DNA of 62,752 bases, counting the filler, from Catajapyx aquilonaris (lineage: Eukaryota): NCBI GenBank assembly GCA_000934665.2. It is 3 parts of 3 records of this genome, joined end to end, with 100 filler letters (N's around TTAATTAATTAA, not from the genome) between each part and the next. Parts side by side here need not be neighbours in the genome. Positions count along the whole stretch, not along the records: positions 20,886 to 41,944 come from KZ539496.1; positions 42,045 to 62,752 come from JYFJ02006210.1; 1 more part is not named here. One strand, 5' to 3'. The notes beneath the pieces are model-generated. The model saw only the letters and a list, made by a program, of their open reading frames with translations, had not been told where the DNA came from and searched no databases. Below, piece by piece: positions 40,037 through 51,852 of the stretch (positions are counted from its first letter, which is position 1; every line of letters starts with the position of its first letter). The position numbers and the translations under genes were made by a program.

Positions 40037-40567
40037 CAATGGTGTCGTACTTCCGGCGCCACTAGCCAATGTCGGCAGAAAGAGCGAATTGTAATATTGC
40101 CTTCCGTATGACCACCTTCATTTTGATCGAAAGTTGCCTCCGGATGACCACCTTCACTTTGAAATTTGCGGTCATACGGAAGCCAAATTTCGTACTTCCG
40201 GCGCCACTAGCCAATGTCGGCAGAAAGAGCGAATTGTACTATTGCCTTCCGTAAGACCACCTTCATTTTGATCGAAAAGTTGCCTCCGGATGACCACCTT
40301 CACTTCGAAATTTGCGGTCATGAGGGCAAATTTCGAAGTGAAGGTGGTCATCCGGAGGCAACTTTTGATCAAAATGAAAGGTGGTCATACGGAAGGCAAC
40401 AGTACAATTCGCTCTTTCTGCCGACATTGGCTAGTGGCGCCGGAAGTACAACACCATTGATGTGATGAGGCAAATTTCGTAGAAGTGAAGGTGGCAACTT
40501 TCAATTCGCTATTTAGCCGCCTTCGCTTCGTGGCGCCTCCAGTACGACACCATTACTGTCCAGCACT
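40037..40567. mobile_element. Rearranged MITE-derived direct and inverted ~135-bp repeats
   Basis: GTACTTCCGGCGCCACTAGCCAATGTCGGCAGAAAGAGCG twice direct then inverted; related end at ~35790. Confidence 0.7.
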
Positions 40568-41097
40568 ACTTCCTACAGTGTTGCCAAGTTAACAGACAGT
40601 CCATAATTTACTTGCTCTTGGTGCATCCGGCAACTACCTCCCGTATGTAGCCGTTCCCTCTCCCTTTTGTCCACAAAAGGAACATAAACCCGGTATACGG
40701 AAGAGTGGAATTCAACTCTGGTGGGGCTTATCTGCTCGGCATTCAGCACTTGTATCGGGGGAAGGGGGGGGGGGGAAGCTGCANGGGGGAATGTGGAGAG
40801 AGAGAGGGAGAGAGAGAGAGCACAATCCGATGCATCAACGCGTGAAAAGAGGCCCGTATAATCGGCGACAAGTGCGGTTGATTTCCCCACAGCCGCCATG
40901 CGAACCAAATATCCGCCACATTGTGCGCATCCGGATCTCCGGATTGGACCACGAAGCATTACCGGTTCGGATGGGAGGGGTGGAAAAAAAACGCATGTGT
41001 GCATATGCACAGTCTGTTATGTCGAGAGCACACATTCAAGGAAAAAAAGCATTTGCCAACTGATGGAATAAGTGTTTGGACTCAACATGGCGCTCAT

Positions 41098-41852
41098 TTA
41101 ACGGGCCGTTAGGAGGTAACCGTAGTTTAATTTCTATACCAGCGGTTAGGTTAACCCTTACCCTATACCCTACCCTAACATAATTGCTTGTATAGAGATT
41201 AAACTACGATTACTTCCTAACGGCCCGTTAAAGTAAAAAATTAGGATCCCAAACTCTAACCTAACCTAACTGCTGGTGTAGAAATTAAACTACGATTACG
41301 TCCTAACCGGCCCGTTACAGTAAATATTAGGATCCCAAACTCTAACCTAACCTAACTGCTGGCATAGAAATTAAACTACGATTACTTCCTAACCGGCCCG
41401 TTACAGTAAAAATTAGTATTCCAAACTCTAACCTAACCTAACTGCTGGTATAGAAATTAAACTACGATTACTTCCTAACGGCCCGTTAAAGTAAAAAATT
41501 AGGATCCCAAACTCTAACCTAACCTTACTGCTGGCATAGAAATTAAACTACGATTACTTCCTAACCGACCCGTTACAGTAAAAATTAGGCTCCCAAACTC
41601 TAACCTAACCTAACTGCTGGTATAGAAATTAAACTACGATTACTTCCTAACGGCCCGTTAAAGTAAAAATTAGGATCCCAAACTCTAACCTAACCTAACT
41701 GCTGGCATAGAAATTAAACTACGATTACTTCCTAACGGCCCGTTAAAGTAAAAAAATTCGGGTTAGGATCCCAAACCCCAACCTAACCTAACTGCTGGTA
41801 TAGAAATTAAACGACAGTTACTTCCAGGGTTACTTCCTAACGTCCCGTTAAA
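41098..41852. repeat. Tandem repeat of ~86-bp unit containing CCTAA runs, with one inverted copy at the left edge
   Basis: GATCCCAAACTCTAACCTAACCTAACTGCTGG...AAATTAAACTACGATTACTTCCTAACGGCCCGTTA, ~7-8 copies. Confidence 0.92.
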
Positions 41853-41944
41853 TTAGTAATTAGGGTGATGGTTATATTAGGTTAGGTTACACCTGGTACA
41901 TCCTATAAGTCGGCCATGTCGGCTATTAATTTTTCTGCTGAACG

Positions 41945-42044
41945 NNNNNNNNNNNNNNNNNNNNNNNNNNNNNNNNNNNNNNNNNNNNTTAATTAATTAA
42001 NNNNNNNNNNNNNNNNNNNNNNNNNNNNNNNNNNNNNNNNNNNN
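41945..42044. other. Artificial contig-join spacer
   Basis: N44-TTAATTAATTAA-N44. Confidence 0.95.
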
Positions 42045-43258
42045 GGGGTGGTTTGCGGCGTTGCCACATTTGTAGTGCTGTCAGTGTCCCATTGCGAAAT
42101 GTACTTCCACGTAAAGATTGCAATGATTTTTTTTAAAAAAAAGTTATAACAATAAATAAACAATACGTAAATAATTAATAATTAATGTATAAATTGTAAT
42201 AAATAAATTTATAAAAAATAGTAATACATAAATTCATATAAAAATAGTGATAGATAAATTAACATCATTTAATGAAACATAAAACATAGGTGTGTAGTTT
42301 AAAATATCATCAGTCGAACCGAATGTCAAAAGCGAGCGCGGTGTAATTTGAAAGCCGCGCCGGCATTACGGCAACACCGCGCGCGTGACGTCACCAACCC
42401 TAGAGGGAGCTGCGCGAGTCAGACGAAATGTGGTCGCATGATGGACTCTGATGTTTGCGAATTTTTTTCTTCGCGAAAAGTAAGTTGCACAATTTCGTGA
42501 CAATTGTTATTGGTTTCCTCGGACGGTCTACTTACCGGGAAAAAATGTGGCAGGGAGCTTTGGGTATATATATTCCGGTATTAAGTGTTCGTTTACGAGG
42601 TACGAATTCGGTGACCGTCAGTGACCTATGACGTCGTGCCATTAAAAAACTATCACGGGTAGACGAAAATGCTCTTGAACATATAAACTACAAGTATGTC
42701 CTGAGTCTATGGTGAAAGAAATTTCCATCGACCTCACGCCAATGAATTAAAAAAAAAAAAATTGCATTGTGGTATTATAATACCACAACAATTTCACGGA
42801 AAACATAGGGTTAAAGTGCATGGAGAGTTTGTACACAACACACTGGCATTGGTAACAGGATCCTCATAGATCATTATCCGAATCATGACTGCCATTGAAT
42901 TGCCAGAGGCCCATTCAATGGAAGTGATGCCATCTTACCTATATTTCTTTTTCTCTTCTGTACATTCACATGTATACACTATGTTTTGTATTATTGGCCT
43001 TATCATACTCCATATGGAAAAATTCGCATATGAAACATTTCTCCCAGTTGTGCACCTGCTCGTGATTTTTCAAATGACTCCGATTAAATTGCTTTTGGTA
43101 GTTCATGCAGTTCATGCAAACAAGGTCACTTATGTTTCTTTCTGCCATCTGCATACCAGTGCATACTCATGACATTCAATAGTGATGACTCACTGAATTC
43201 CTTTAGGTAAATTTCACAAAGGGGATGTGTCGGATCTGTATATGGATTTGTACGAGAA

Positions 43259-46200
43259 TCATGTATGAATTCGCATGTGCCTTTTCATCGTGGATGAATC
43301 ACTGAATTTTTTCTGGCACACCTCACAAGTAAATGGTTTTTCTCCTGTATGAATTCGCAGGTGCCTTTTCAAATCATGTGATTTACGAAACGTTTTCTGG
43401 CAAACCTCACAAGAGAATGGTTTGTCTCCTGTATGAATGAGCATATGCCTTTTCAAATTACGTGATTCACCAAATTTTCTGTGGCACACCTCACAAGTAA
43501 ATGGTTTGTCTCCTGTATGAATGAGCATGTGCCCTTTCAAATTACGTGATTCACCAAATTTTTTCTGGCACACCTCACAAGTATATGGATTGTCTCCTCT
43601 ATGAATACGCATGTGGGTTTTCAACTGAGTTGATAACCTGAATTTTTTCATGCACACCTCGCAAGTAAATGGGGTTTCTCCGGTATGAATTCGCATGTGC
43701 CTTTTCAAATCACGTGACGAATTATATTTTTTCTGGCACACCTCACAAGAAAATGGTTTTTCTCCCGTATGAATTCGCATGTGCTTTTTCAAATCAGATG
43801 ATTCAAGAAACTTTTTCTGGCATGCATCACAATTCAATAGTTTTTCTCCTGTATGAGTTCGCATGTGAATTTTCAACCGTCTTGAATTGCGCAAATTTTT
43901 TTTACACACCTCACAGGTAAATGGTTTGTCTCCTGTATGAACCAGCATGTGAGTTTTCAACTTATTTGATAGATTGAATTTTTTCTTGCACACCTCACAA
44001 GTATATGGGTTTTCTCCGGTATGAATTCGCATGTGATCTTTCAAATTACGTGAATGACCAAATTTTTTCTGGCACACCACACAAGAAAATGGTTTTTCTC
44101 CTGTATGGATTCGCATATGCTTTCTCAAAACATTAGGCTGAGTAAATGTTTTTTGGCACACCTCACAAGCAAATGGTTTTTCTTCTCTATGAATATGAAT
44201 GTGGCGTTTCAAATTACTTGGACTCATGAAGATTTTCCTACACACCTGACTATTAAATGGCTTGTCTTCAGTGTGGAGCCGCATGTGAGTAATCAAATTA
44301 CTTTGATCTCTAAATTTGGTCTGGCACACCTCACAAGTAAGTGGTTTGTCTCCTGTATGAATACGCTTGTGATTTTTCAATGTACTTGAGTCACGGAATT
44401 TTTTCTGGCACACCTCACAAGTGAATGGTTTTTCTCCCGTATGAATAAGCATGTGCCTGTTCAAACTTTGTGAGTTATGAAATGTTTTTTGGCACACCTC
44501 ACAAGTAAATGGTTTTTCGCCTGTATGAATAAGCATATGACCTTTCAAGATCTTTGATAGACGGAATTTTTTCTGGCACACCTCACAAGTAAATGGTTTT
44601 TCTCCTGTATGAATAAGCATGTGACCTTTCCAGTCATGTGATTTACTAAACGTTTTTTGGCACACCTCACAAGTGAATGGTTTTTCTCCTGTATGAATTC
44701 GCATGTGGCATTTCAAATTACTTGGACTCTTAAATATTTTCCTACACACCGGACAACTGAATGGTGTGTCTCCAGTGTGAAGCCGCATGTGAATTATCAA
44801 CTTACTTGAGAGATAAAATGTTTTCTGGCAAATTGGGCAGCAATATTTTTCACTGTGAGTGAAGAGGTGAATTTTCAAATCCTGCAGGGCACCAAATAAT
44901 TTTTGGCACATTCTACACTCAAATGAACTTTTTCCACCACATAATCCCCTGTCCCTTTCCTCCTGGATCCCATTCTCTTCTCCTCCATCTTCAGTTGTCA
45001 CTTGCACAACCTGTAAATAAAGTTACAGTACATCAATTTTGAATAATATTTGCAGTGTGGATAGTGTGATCCTTTCAACCTGATGTCATTTGGAAGGCCC
45101 AAGAAGTTGAGGCACAGATTGTACAATCAGAGATCTCAGTGTAACCACACTTCATATAACATAATTAGTAATATGCATCCCCCAATAACCGCCCCAGGCT
45201 GGACAACGGGGTATGAAATAAATAAATAAATAAATAAATAGTAATATGTACTTCATCTACATGACTGTATACTCTCTGCATACTTGATATGCTTAAAACT
45301 GGATCTATGGACCATTTATTATAATAATTGAAAACAATAAGGCAAAGGTTTTTCATTGCCTCATCTGAGGAGGTCAATGATGCCTTGGTTAGCTGAGTCG
45401 ATGCGTACAGTACAGGCTGATTGGATGTGTAAAAAGATGAATGCCGATAGAGTTCGCCGAGGAAAAGACTGCATGGCCACATGGGTTTTTCTCCCAAATG
45501 TCTGTCCCCTTCTTCCCCCTTCATCCCACCTCACCTGGCCCCCTCTGTTTGCCCTGAATAACTGTGCAGATGCCTGGTATGAAATTTGGTTTTCAATGCG
45601 GGTAATGTTGTTTGTAGAGTTTCATTTGTGGCTGAAAGTCTACTTCCAAATCCCTCTAAATCCCCAGAGTTTTATCTCTTGGAATGAGTGTATGATAGAA
45701 ATTTGTCATGTGGCCATTGCGCCTTGGTTAGTGAGTTGATGGATTCGTTGAATTTACAATGATAGGATGTGTAAAAAGAAAGGCATGAGATATTGAAAAG
45801 AATGGTGGCATCTCCATGGGAACTTGCAAAGTGAGGAATTGTGGAGGTGGTATTGTTGAAATTGTTAAGTGGGATATTGTTAAGGAGACCAGGGAGAGGA
45901 GCTGTGCGTGTTGAACGAGTTAAGGTCTGTTCTCAAAGCAGCGGGTTGGAGCAAAACGTGCGCTTGCAAGCGCCTTGGAGCGGGTGGTTAGCCCGCTCTG
46001 ACGTCATTCGAAAGTGGGTAGAGATCAGTAGAGATACACTTGCCAGCTGCTAGGAGCTAGCGGGTGCGATCTACTCCGGGTTGATTTCTACCTACTTTGG
46101 CCCACCACCCACTCCATGGGGACCAATCCGGTGACCCTGTGGGAGTCACGTGGTCACGTGACGTAATCACGTGGGCTCCGATTAGAATGTTTTGGAATAT

Positions 46201-49200
46201 GTCACGTGACGTGGTCTTTATTTACTTGAAAATAGTTTACAAAATTGCAGGTGTATTTGGTAGTACATGTCACTATTATGTCACATAAGTTCATAGGCAA
46301 ACGTAATTATTTAAAATATTTTAATTAGCCCGCCGCCGAAAATGGTATATACGCGCTTTACTCTAGCGCGCACCAGCCACGCGCACCAGCTACTTCGTGA
46401 AGACCAGAATATTCTCGAGCGGCCAAACCACCAGCTCCAAGGCGCTTGCAAGCGCACGCTTTGCTTTGAGAACGGACCTTAAGGCTCATTTTTGGATGAT
46501 GAAACATGCAGAATTAAATTCCTAGTACAAAGTAACCCCGGTTTGCCAGTTTCAGGCAGCGTATGCGCATTCCCCTGGATTTATACAGGGTGTAAATGAA
46601 TTCAGCCGACAAACTTGTAGGGGTGATAGAGGGGACCAAGACAAACATATTTGACATAGGAAACCGTGTCCGGAAACGCCATCTAGAGGGGGTTCATAAA
46701 CGAGGAACGGGTGCGCTCAGACGCTTCAGGCTGGCGGCGTTAGCGAGCGGACCGTTTAGTTGCTAGGTGGCGGGTGGATTGTTCACAACTTTGGGCATTT
46801 CGCCATAACCTGGCAACAACAGAGTTGTTGTTTATTATCTGCGAGCTACCTAGCATGCTGACTTTACTTGCTAGGTGGCTCTGTTGTTGCCAGGTTATGG
46901 TCAATTGCAAGGCTGTGTACAATCCACCCGCCACCTAGCAACTAAACGGTACGCTCGCTAACGCAGCCAGCCTGACGCTTCTGAGCGCACCCGTTCCTTG
47001 CCTATGAACCCCCTCTAGATGGCGTTTCCGAACACGGTTTCCTATGTCAAATATGTTTGTCTTGGTCCCCTCTATCACCCCTACAAGTTTGTCGGCTGAA
47101 TTCATTTACACCCTGTATAGTGGACTCACAAACAAATACACTCACAAACTTCCTAAAACATACGTAGATATAGATTATAGATTGATGTTGTTGATGATGA
47201 CTCATAAGAGCTTCAGCTATCAGACTCTTTAGAGTAGCAGACTCGAAATACTGGTTACACCATGCTTCCATTACACCCTGTGTATTTTACACTCCAAAAA
47301 TAACTTGGTAACAAATTTTTTCATCTCACCTTAGATATAACATACAAATAGATAATAATAATAATAATAATAATAATTAATAATAATAATAATAATAATA
47401 CTCATCATCATCATCATCATCATCATCACCATCACGACATTTCCCTATATGGGGTAGTCAGTGATGACGGGAGCCACAAGCTAACCCAAAATCTATCTAA
47501 TCTATCTAAATAAAGTCGTTTGTGAGTCTGTCTGTCTCTCTTTCCGTCTGTCCGCCTGCCAACTGTCATTTGCCTGCCATCTGTGCCCAGGCCGGAAGAG
47601 GATGGAGGTCTTCGGGGTTGACTACAGATGGCAGGCAAATGACGGTTGCCGTTACACAGGTGGGAGAGGTTGAAGGTGTTGAAGTAGCAGGGGATGGCAT
47701 TGGTGGACGGACACACACAAAGACAGACAGTTCACGGGGCTACTGGCACGTGTTTTCCCTTCATTCATTTCTTCCCGGGCAACGCCGGGTGCCACAGCTA
47801 GTATGAACTAAATTAAAACATGTAAAAATAAACCTATAAACAACCCGTCCCGCCCCTGCCCATCCCAGACGACAAACTCTCAATATTAAATTTAAATATT
47901 ACACTATGCAACGCGGTACTTTGAGAAATCAAGTGTTCCCTCCCCCTCCCCTCCCCGGAAGAGGAATCAGCAACTGTAAATTCCTCCCAGTGACTTGAAT
48001 ATTCTCCTCCAAACGACCTGAACACCCACAGGCCAGCGAGAAGAACCATCATACAAAAAATGCACACCTGAACTCCAAGCGCTGTGCAGGACAAAGAGAG
48101 AGGCAGACACCATTGCAAGCATGACTACCGGTGTCAACCTATGCATTACTGTGCAAGAGATATTTGCCAACCTTGTAGTTCTGCACAGCACCCAGAGCAC
48201 CGAGCATGAACCTCCAGCCGCCGACTCCTCCCACCAACCTGCAAACATTCTAGCCATTCGGAAGAATTCAATGGACACTGCCATTCCTCACAAACCCGTG
48301 AATATTCTACCCATTAATTAACCTTCGCCATTTACACCTATCCAAACAAACAACCTTAACCTCAGCCACGTCCATTTGACACATGAATGTCTCGGCTTAA
48401 CACTAGCAACACCCTTAAGACACTGGCCCACGTGGTCCAACCATGTCTTCCTAGGCCTCCCCTTGCCCCTCTTACCAACTACTCCACCCAAATAAACCTT
48501 GGTGGTCATGTGGAGAGGATGAAGGAGGAATAATAATAATAATATATAATATATAATATATATTAATATATATATAATATAATAAAAATAGCAAAACAAA
48601 ATAAGGCTGCATCAACAGGAACCATTTACTGCACATCACCAACTGGTTCAGTAAATACAACCAGAGTGTGGATATTTCCAAAATATTCTATAATATCATC
48701 TAGCCTGGGTGCTTGATTTGCACTGAAATTTTTGTGAGGCTTTAGTGTAACATTATAATGAAATCTCAGCTGGTTACATACCCTGCTAATCCTTCCAGAA
48801 CCAACAGCCAAAGGGTCATCTTCATCTCCAACCACCCCAGACATGGCCACCACCATCTCCTCCTCCTCCTCCTCTGCTGGAACAATTCCCAATGGGTCAT
48901 CTTCCTCTTTGTCCTCCCTGCACGTGGTTGCCACCATCTCTTTCTCCCCCTCCGCTTCCTCCTCTTTGATCTCACGAAGCGTGTCTTCTATGAGAGTAGA
49001 ACCATCATCAAAGCAAGACGGGGTCTCCTCCTTCAAGGGAATCTGCCAGGTCTCCTCAACTGTGATGTCCTCATCTTCTTCCTTCACTTCTTCCTTCTTT
49101 ATAAGAGTAGAGCCATCATCAAAGCAAGAAGGGGTCTCCTGCCTCAAGGGAATCTGCCAGGTCTCCTCTGTTGTGATGTCCTCTTCTCCTTCCTCCGCCT

Positions 49201-49231
49201 CTTCCTTCTTTATCCTCAGGATCAAAGACAT
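43259..49231 (-). CDS. Tandem C2H2 zinc-finger protein A; exons 48782-49231 and 43259-45010; ~733 aa, 20 fingers (one with C to S)
   Basis: Acidic exon MSLILRIKKEE... splices in phase 0 (AGG|gtatgt...cag|GTT) to an array with HTGEKPF linkers. Confidence 0.9.
45924..46478. mobile_element. TTAA-flanked MITE (Kolobok- or Harbinger-like)
   Basis: TTAA|GGTCTGTTCTCAAAGCA ... TGCTTTGAGAACGGACC|TTAA. Confidence 0.75.
46586..47115. mobile_element. Young Tc1/mariner-type foldback MITE, 530 bp
   Basis: TA|CAGGGTGTAAATGAATTCAGCCGACAAAC ... GTTTGTCGGCTGAATTCATTTACACCCTG|TA; almost the whole element is self-complementary. Confidence 0.9.
47352..47433. repeat. Compound (AAT)n(CAT)n microsatellite
   Basis: Direct inspection. 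Confidence 0.95.
47492..47801 (+). mobile_element. Non-autonomous Helitron
   Basis: A|TCTATCTA start, TCTG microsatellite, 3' hairpin CCCGGGCAACGCCGGG, CTAG|T end. Confidence 0.8.
48318..48510 (-). mobile_element. 3' remnant of RTE-type LINE
   Basis: KVYLGGVVGKRGKGRPRKTWLDHV matches the G-x-R-x-x-GRP-x-x-x-W-x-D C-terminal motif. Confidence 0.65.
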
Positions 49232-50189
49232 GGTCCTGCAACACAAAATTTCAGGTCAGGTAATCATTTCAAGGAGTATCTCCATCATGCCAGATGAAGA
49301 GGAGGAACATGCCTCTGAGAGGGTGAGGAAAGGAAAACACGAAGAAAAGAAAATTATTAGACAAGCCTGTCATAATGAATGGCACAGTGGTGGAGGGGCA
49401 TGAAGTATCTGTGTGCGCTCGTGTTTCCTTCCTAATCTCAAATTCCATCACAGTGCGAGCTATTAATAAAGATGATGATTCAAAAAATGATCCCCTGTAT
49501 GGAATCTGTAAGCCTCTCACTGTAGTTTCAAAATAATTAATTAATTAATTATATTCAACCCTGGGGGCATGCAGGCCACTGGGGGCAGACAACTGAATAC
49601 AATAATACAAGACGAGGTACATTTGAAAGTATGATTCCGCACTACAGAAAAGACAGAAGATGTGGAAAATTACTCAGTAATTAATACTGAAAGAGGGTGG
49701 ATTGGTAAACAATCAGTATGTAAAAAAATATACTGGGACTCTTTTTACAACATTTCAAGAAGAGCCGGGTGGAGGCGGGCGGAACTTGGCGTCACGTCAT
49801 TCGTTGGTTTAACGGACCGTGTGAAGGTGTACTTCGCACTTGGCAAAGCCACAATAATGTTTGTTGGCTGTGGCGCACAATGAGGACCGCATTGTATGCG
49901 TATACATACCCACAATAAGTGCCAGCTCCGCTTTCACTACGCAAAAACTAAAAATATCACGCACGGGCGACGTACCATGCCTGGCAGGGCCACAACAATG
50001 GACAGTACTGTTGCGGTAACAAAAAGCCACACAGCACCACCAAGACAAAGGGCTATTCCATCCTATATCAATCTACACTTGCCGTATAGCCTACACATTG
50101 TAGTGGTTGTTGTCTTTGACATTATTGATCACATCAATCACATTTAGGTTTGGTGAGTTGGTTGTGCCCAAGCTTCTAAGGCTATCTGG

Positions 50190-50280
50190 CATGCATGTGA
50201 TGGGTTTTTGGTAGTGGGAGGAAACAGGAGAACCCCGAGAAAACCTGCACAGACATGGTGAGAACCCATCGAAACGCTTC
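50190..50280 (-). mobile_element. 5'-truncated copy of V-domain-like SINE
   Basis: GTGGGAGGAAACAGGAGAACCCCGAGAAAACC...GAGAACCCATCGAAAC matches 19016-19078; absent from the paralogous region near 59960. Confidence 0.7.
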
Positions 50281-51386
50281 CCCATTAGTGTCGGAAAAAA
50301 AGGGAACTCCCAAGTACGGGTGGCTATTCACCTGCTCGAGCTGCTTTGTCTCCGGCGGGATGGGCTCAACTCGACGGGGACACTCTCTCTCTGAAGAGAA
50401 CAAGGCGAGGGAGGTCAGGCGGCCATCTTTGATTCCAATCGATTCTTTTTTTATGCGAATTAAAGGGTGCGTTCCTGTCACCGCACCAGAGAGTGGAAAG
50501 GACGGCCTTACGCGCTATCCCTTCCCGTTCTACAATCGCCGCTACTGGTGCAGAACCGCTACTCCCTCCAGCTGAGTGTTCTATTTATTGTTTTGTATGG
50601 CACAGCTCAAAAATAAATGGTTTCACTCCTGAATGAATCAGCTTGTGATAATTCCGAGTAGCCTAGTTGATTCACAATTTATTTATTTATTTTCCTCACA
50701 TGTTAATCTGAATTCGCATGTGGGCTTTCATATTATTTGATTGAAATTAAAGGCTCAACAGGTTCTCTCACGGATCCACATACTCTACAATCACGTGTTT
50801 CACTGAAACTACATTAAATCCTGCAAAGATAAAAAATGATGAACTCTGTCAAAAATAAGGTCAAATTTATGCACATTTTAACATCAATAATTTGAAAATA
50901 TCCTTAAATTTACAAGAGCGTCACGTATTGTCACGTAATTATCTAAAGACATGCTTCGACATCCATGGGAAAATTGTATGCAAAATTAGCCTCTAAGAAA
51001 GACCATACTGTACATAAAACATTTTGTTTTAAATAAAACACAATCAAAACACATGACAACTATAGGTTTTTCCAGTTTTTGTACACAACACACTGGCATC
51101 CTCATATATTATTATTATCCGAATTATGACTGACATTGAATTGCCAAAGGCTAATTGGAAGTGATGCGATCTTACCTATATTTCTTTTTCTCTTCTGTGC
51201 ATTCACATGTACACTATGTTTTGCATTATTGACCTTATCATACTCCATCAGTCCACCTGGAAAAATTAACATATGAAAAGTTTCTCCCATTTGTGCACTT
51301 GCTTGTGATTTTTCAAATGACTCCGATTAAATTGCTTTTGGCATTTAATGCAGTTCATGCAAACAAGGTAAGTTGTGGGTTTTCCT

Positions 51387-51734
51387 TAGGGAGGCGAAGT
51401 GGCGCTGCGGTAACGTACGCGCCCACGGATGTTAAGGTCCCGGGTTCGATCCCAACCCGGGGACACCCCCTTCATCTCGTGCAGAGTTCATTGGGTCACC
51501 TCTGGCTTCGTCTCGGGTGGTATATCCTACAGACTAAACCCCCCGGGGGAGTTCACTAAAAATGGTCACATAAAGACATTGCACTGCACCTTGCACATCC
51601 CCTCCTGTCATCCTGCCCGTGGGCCCGGGCGTTACGTATAAAGGCTCCAATGTACACGACAAAAATAAATAAAGGTCCGTGCTACATACCTCTGATGAGG
51701 TCAGCACTACCCCGGATTATTATTATTATTATTA
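51387..51734 (+). mobile_element. tRNA-derived SINE (third family) downstream of ZNF B
   Basis: TGGCGCTGCGG A box, GGTTCGATCCC B box, (TTA)n tail, TSD TTGTGGGTTTTCCT; empty site in paralogs A and C. Confidence 0.85.
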
Positions 51735-51852
51735 TTGTGGGTTTTCCTGCCATCTGCATACTCATGACATTTCAATAGTGATGACTCACTGAATTCCTTT
51801 CGGTAAATTTCACAAAGGGGATGTATCGGATCTGTATGGATTTGTATGAGAA

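Noticed and set aside
35790..40567. Single 4.8-kb element capturing a DIP exon between inverted MITE ends
   Set aside because: The ends are diverged members of a locally common family with no TSD, so independent insertions are simpler
48758..49403. Plus-strand 179/186-aa ORFs (and 57833-58490)
   Set aside because: Antisense shadows of the acidic ZNF exon
51389..51465. tRNA gene
   Set aside because: Head of a SINE with body, tail and TSD; no full cloverleaf. The same applies at ~19100-19177 and ~24450-24520.
51685..51715. Hammerhead ribozyme core (CTGATGAG)
   Set aside because: No properly placed GAAA or stem III found
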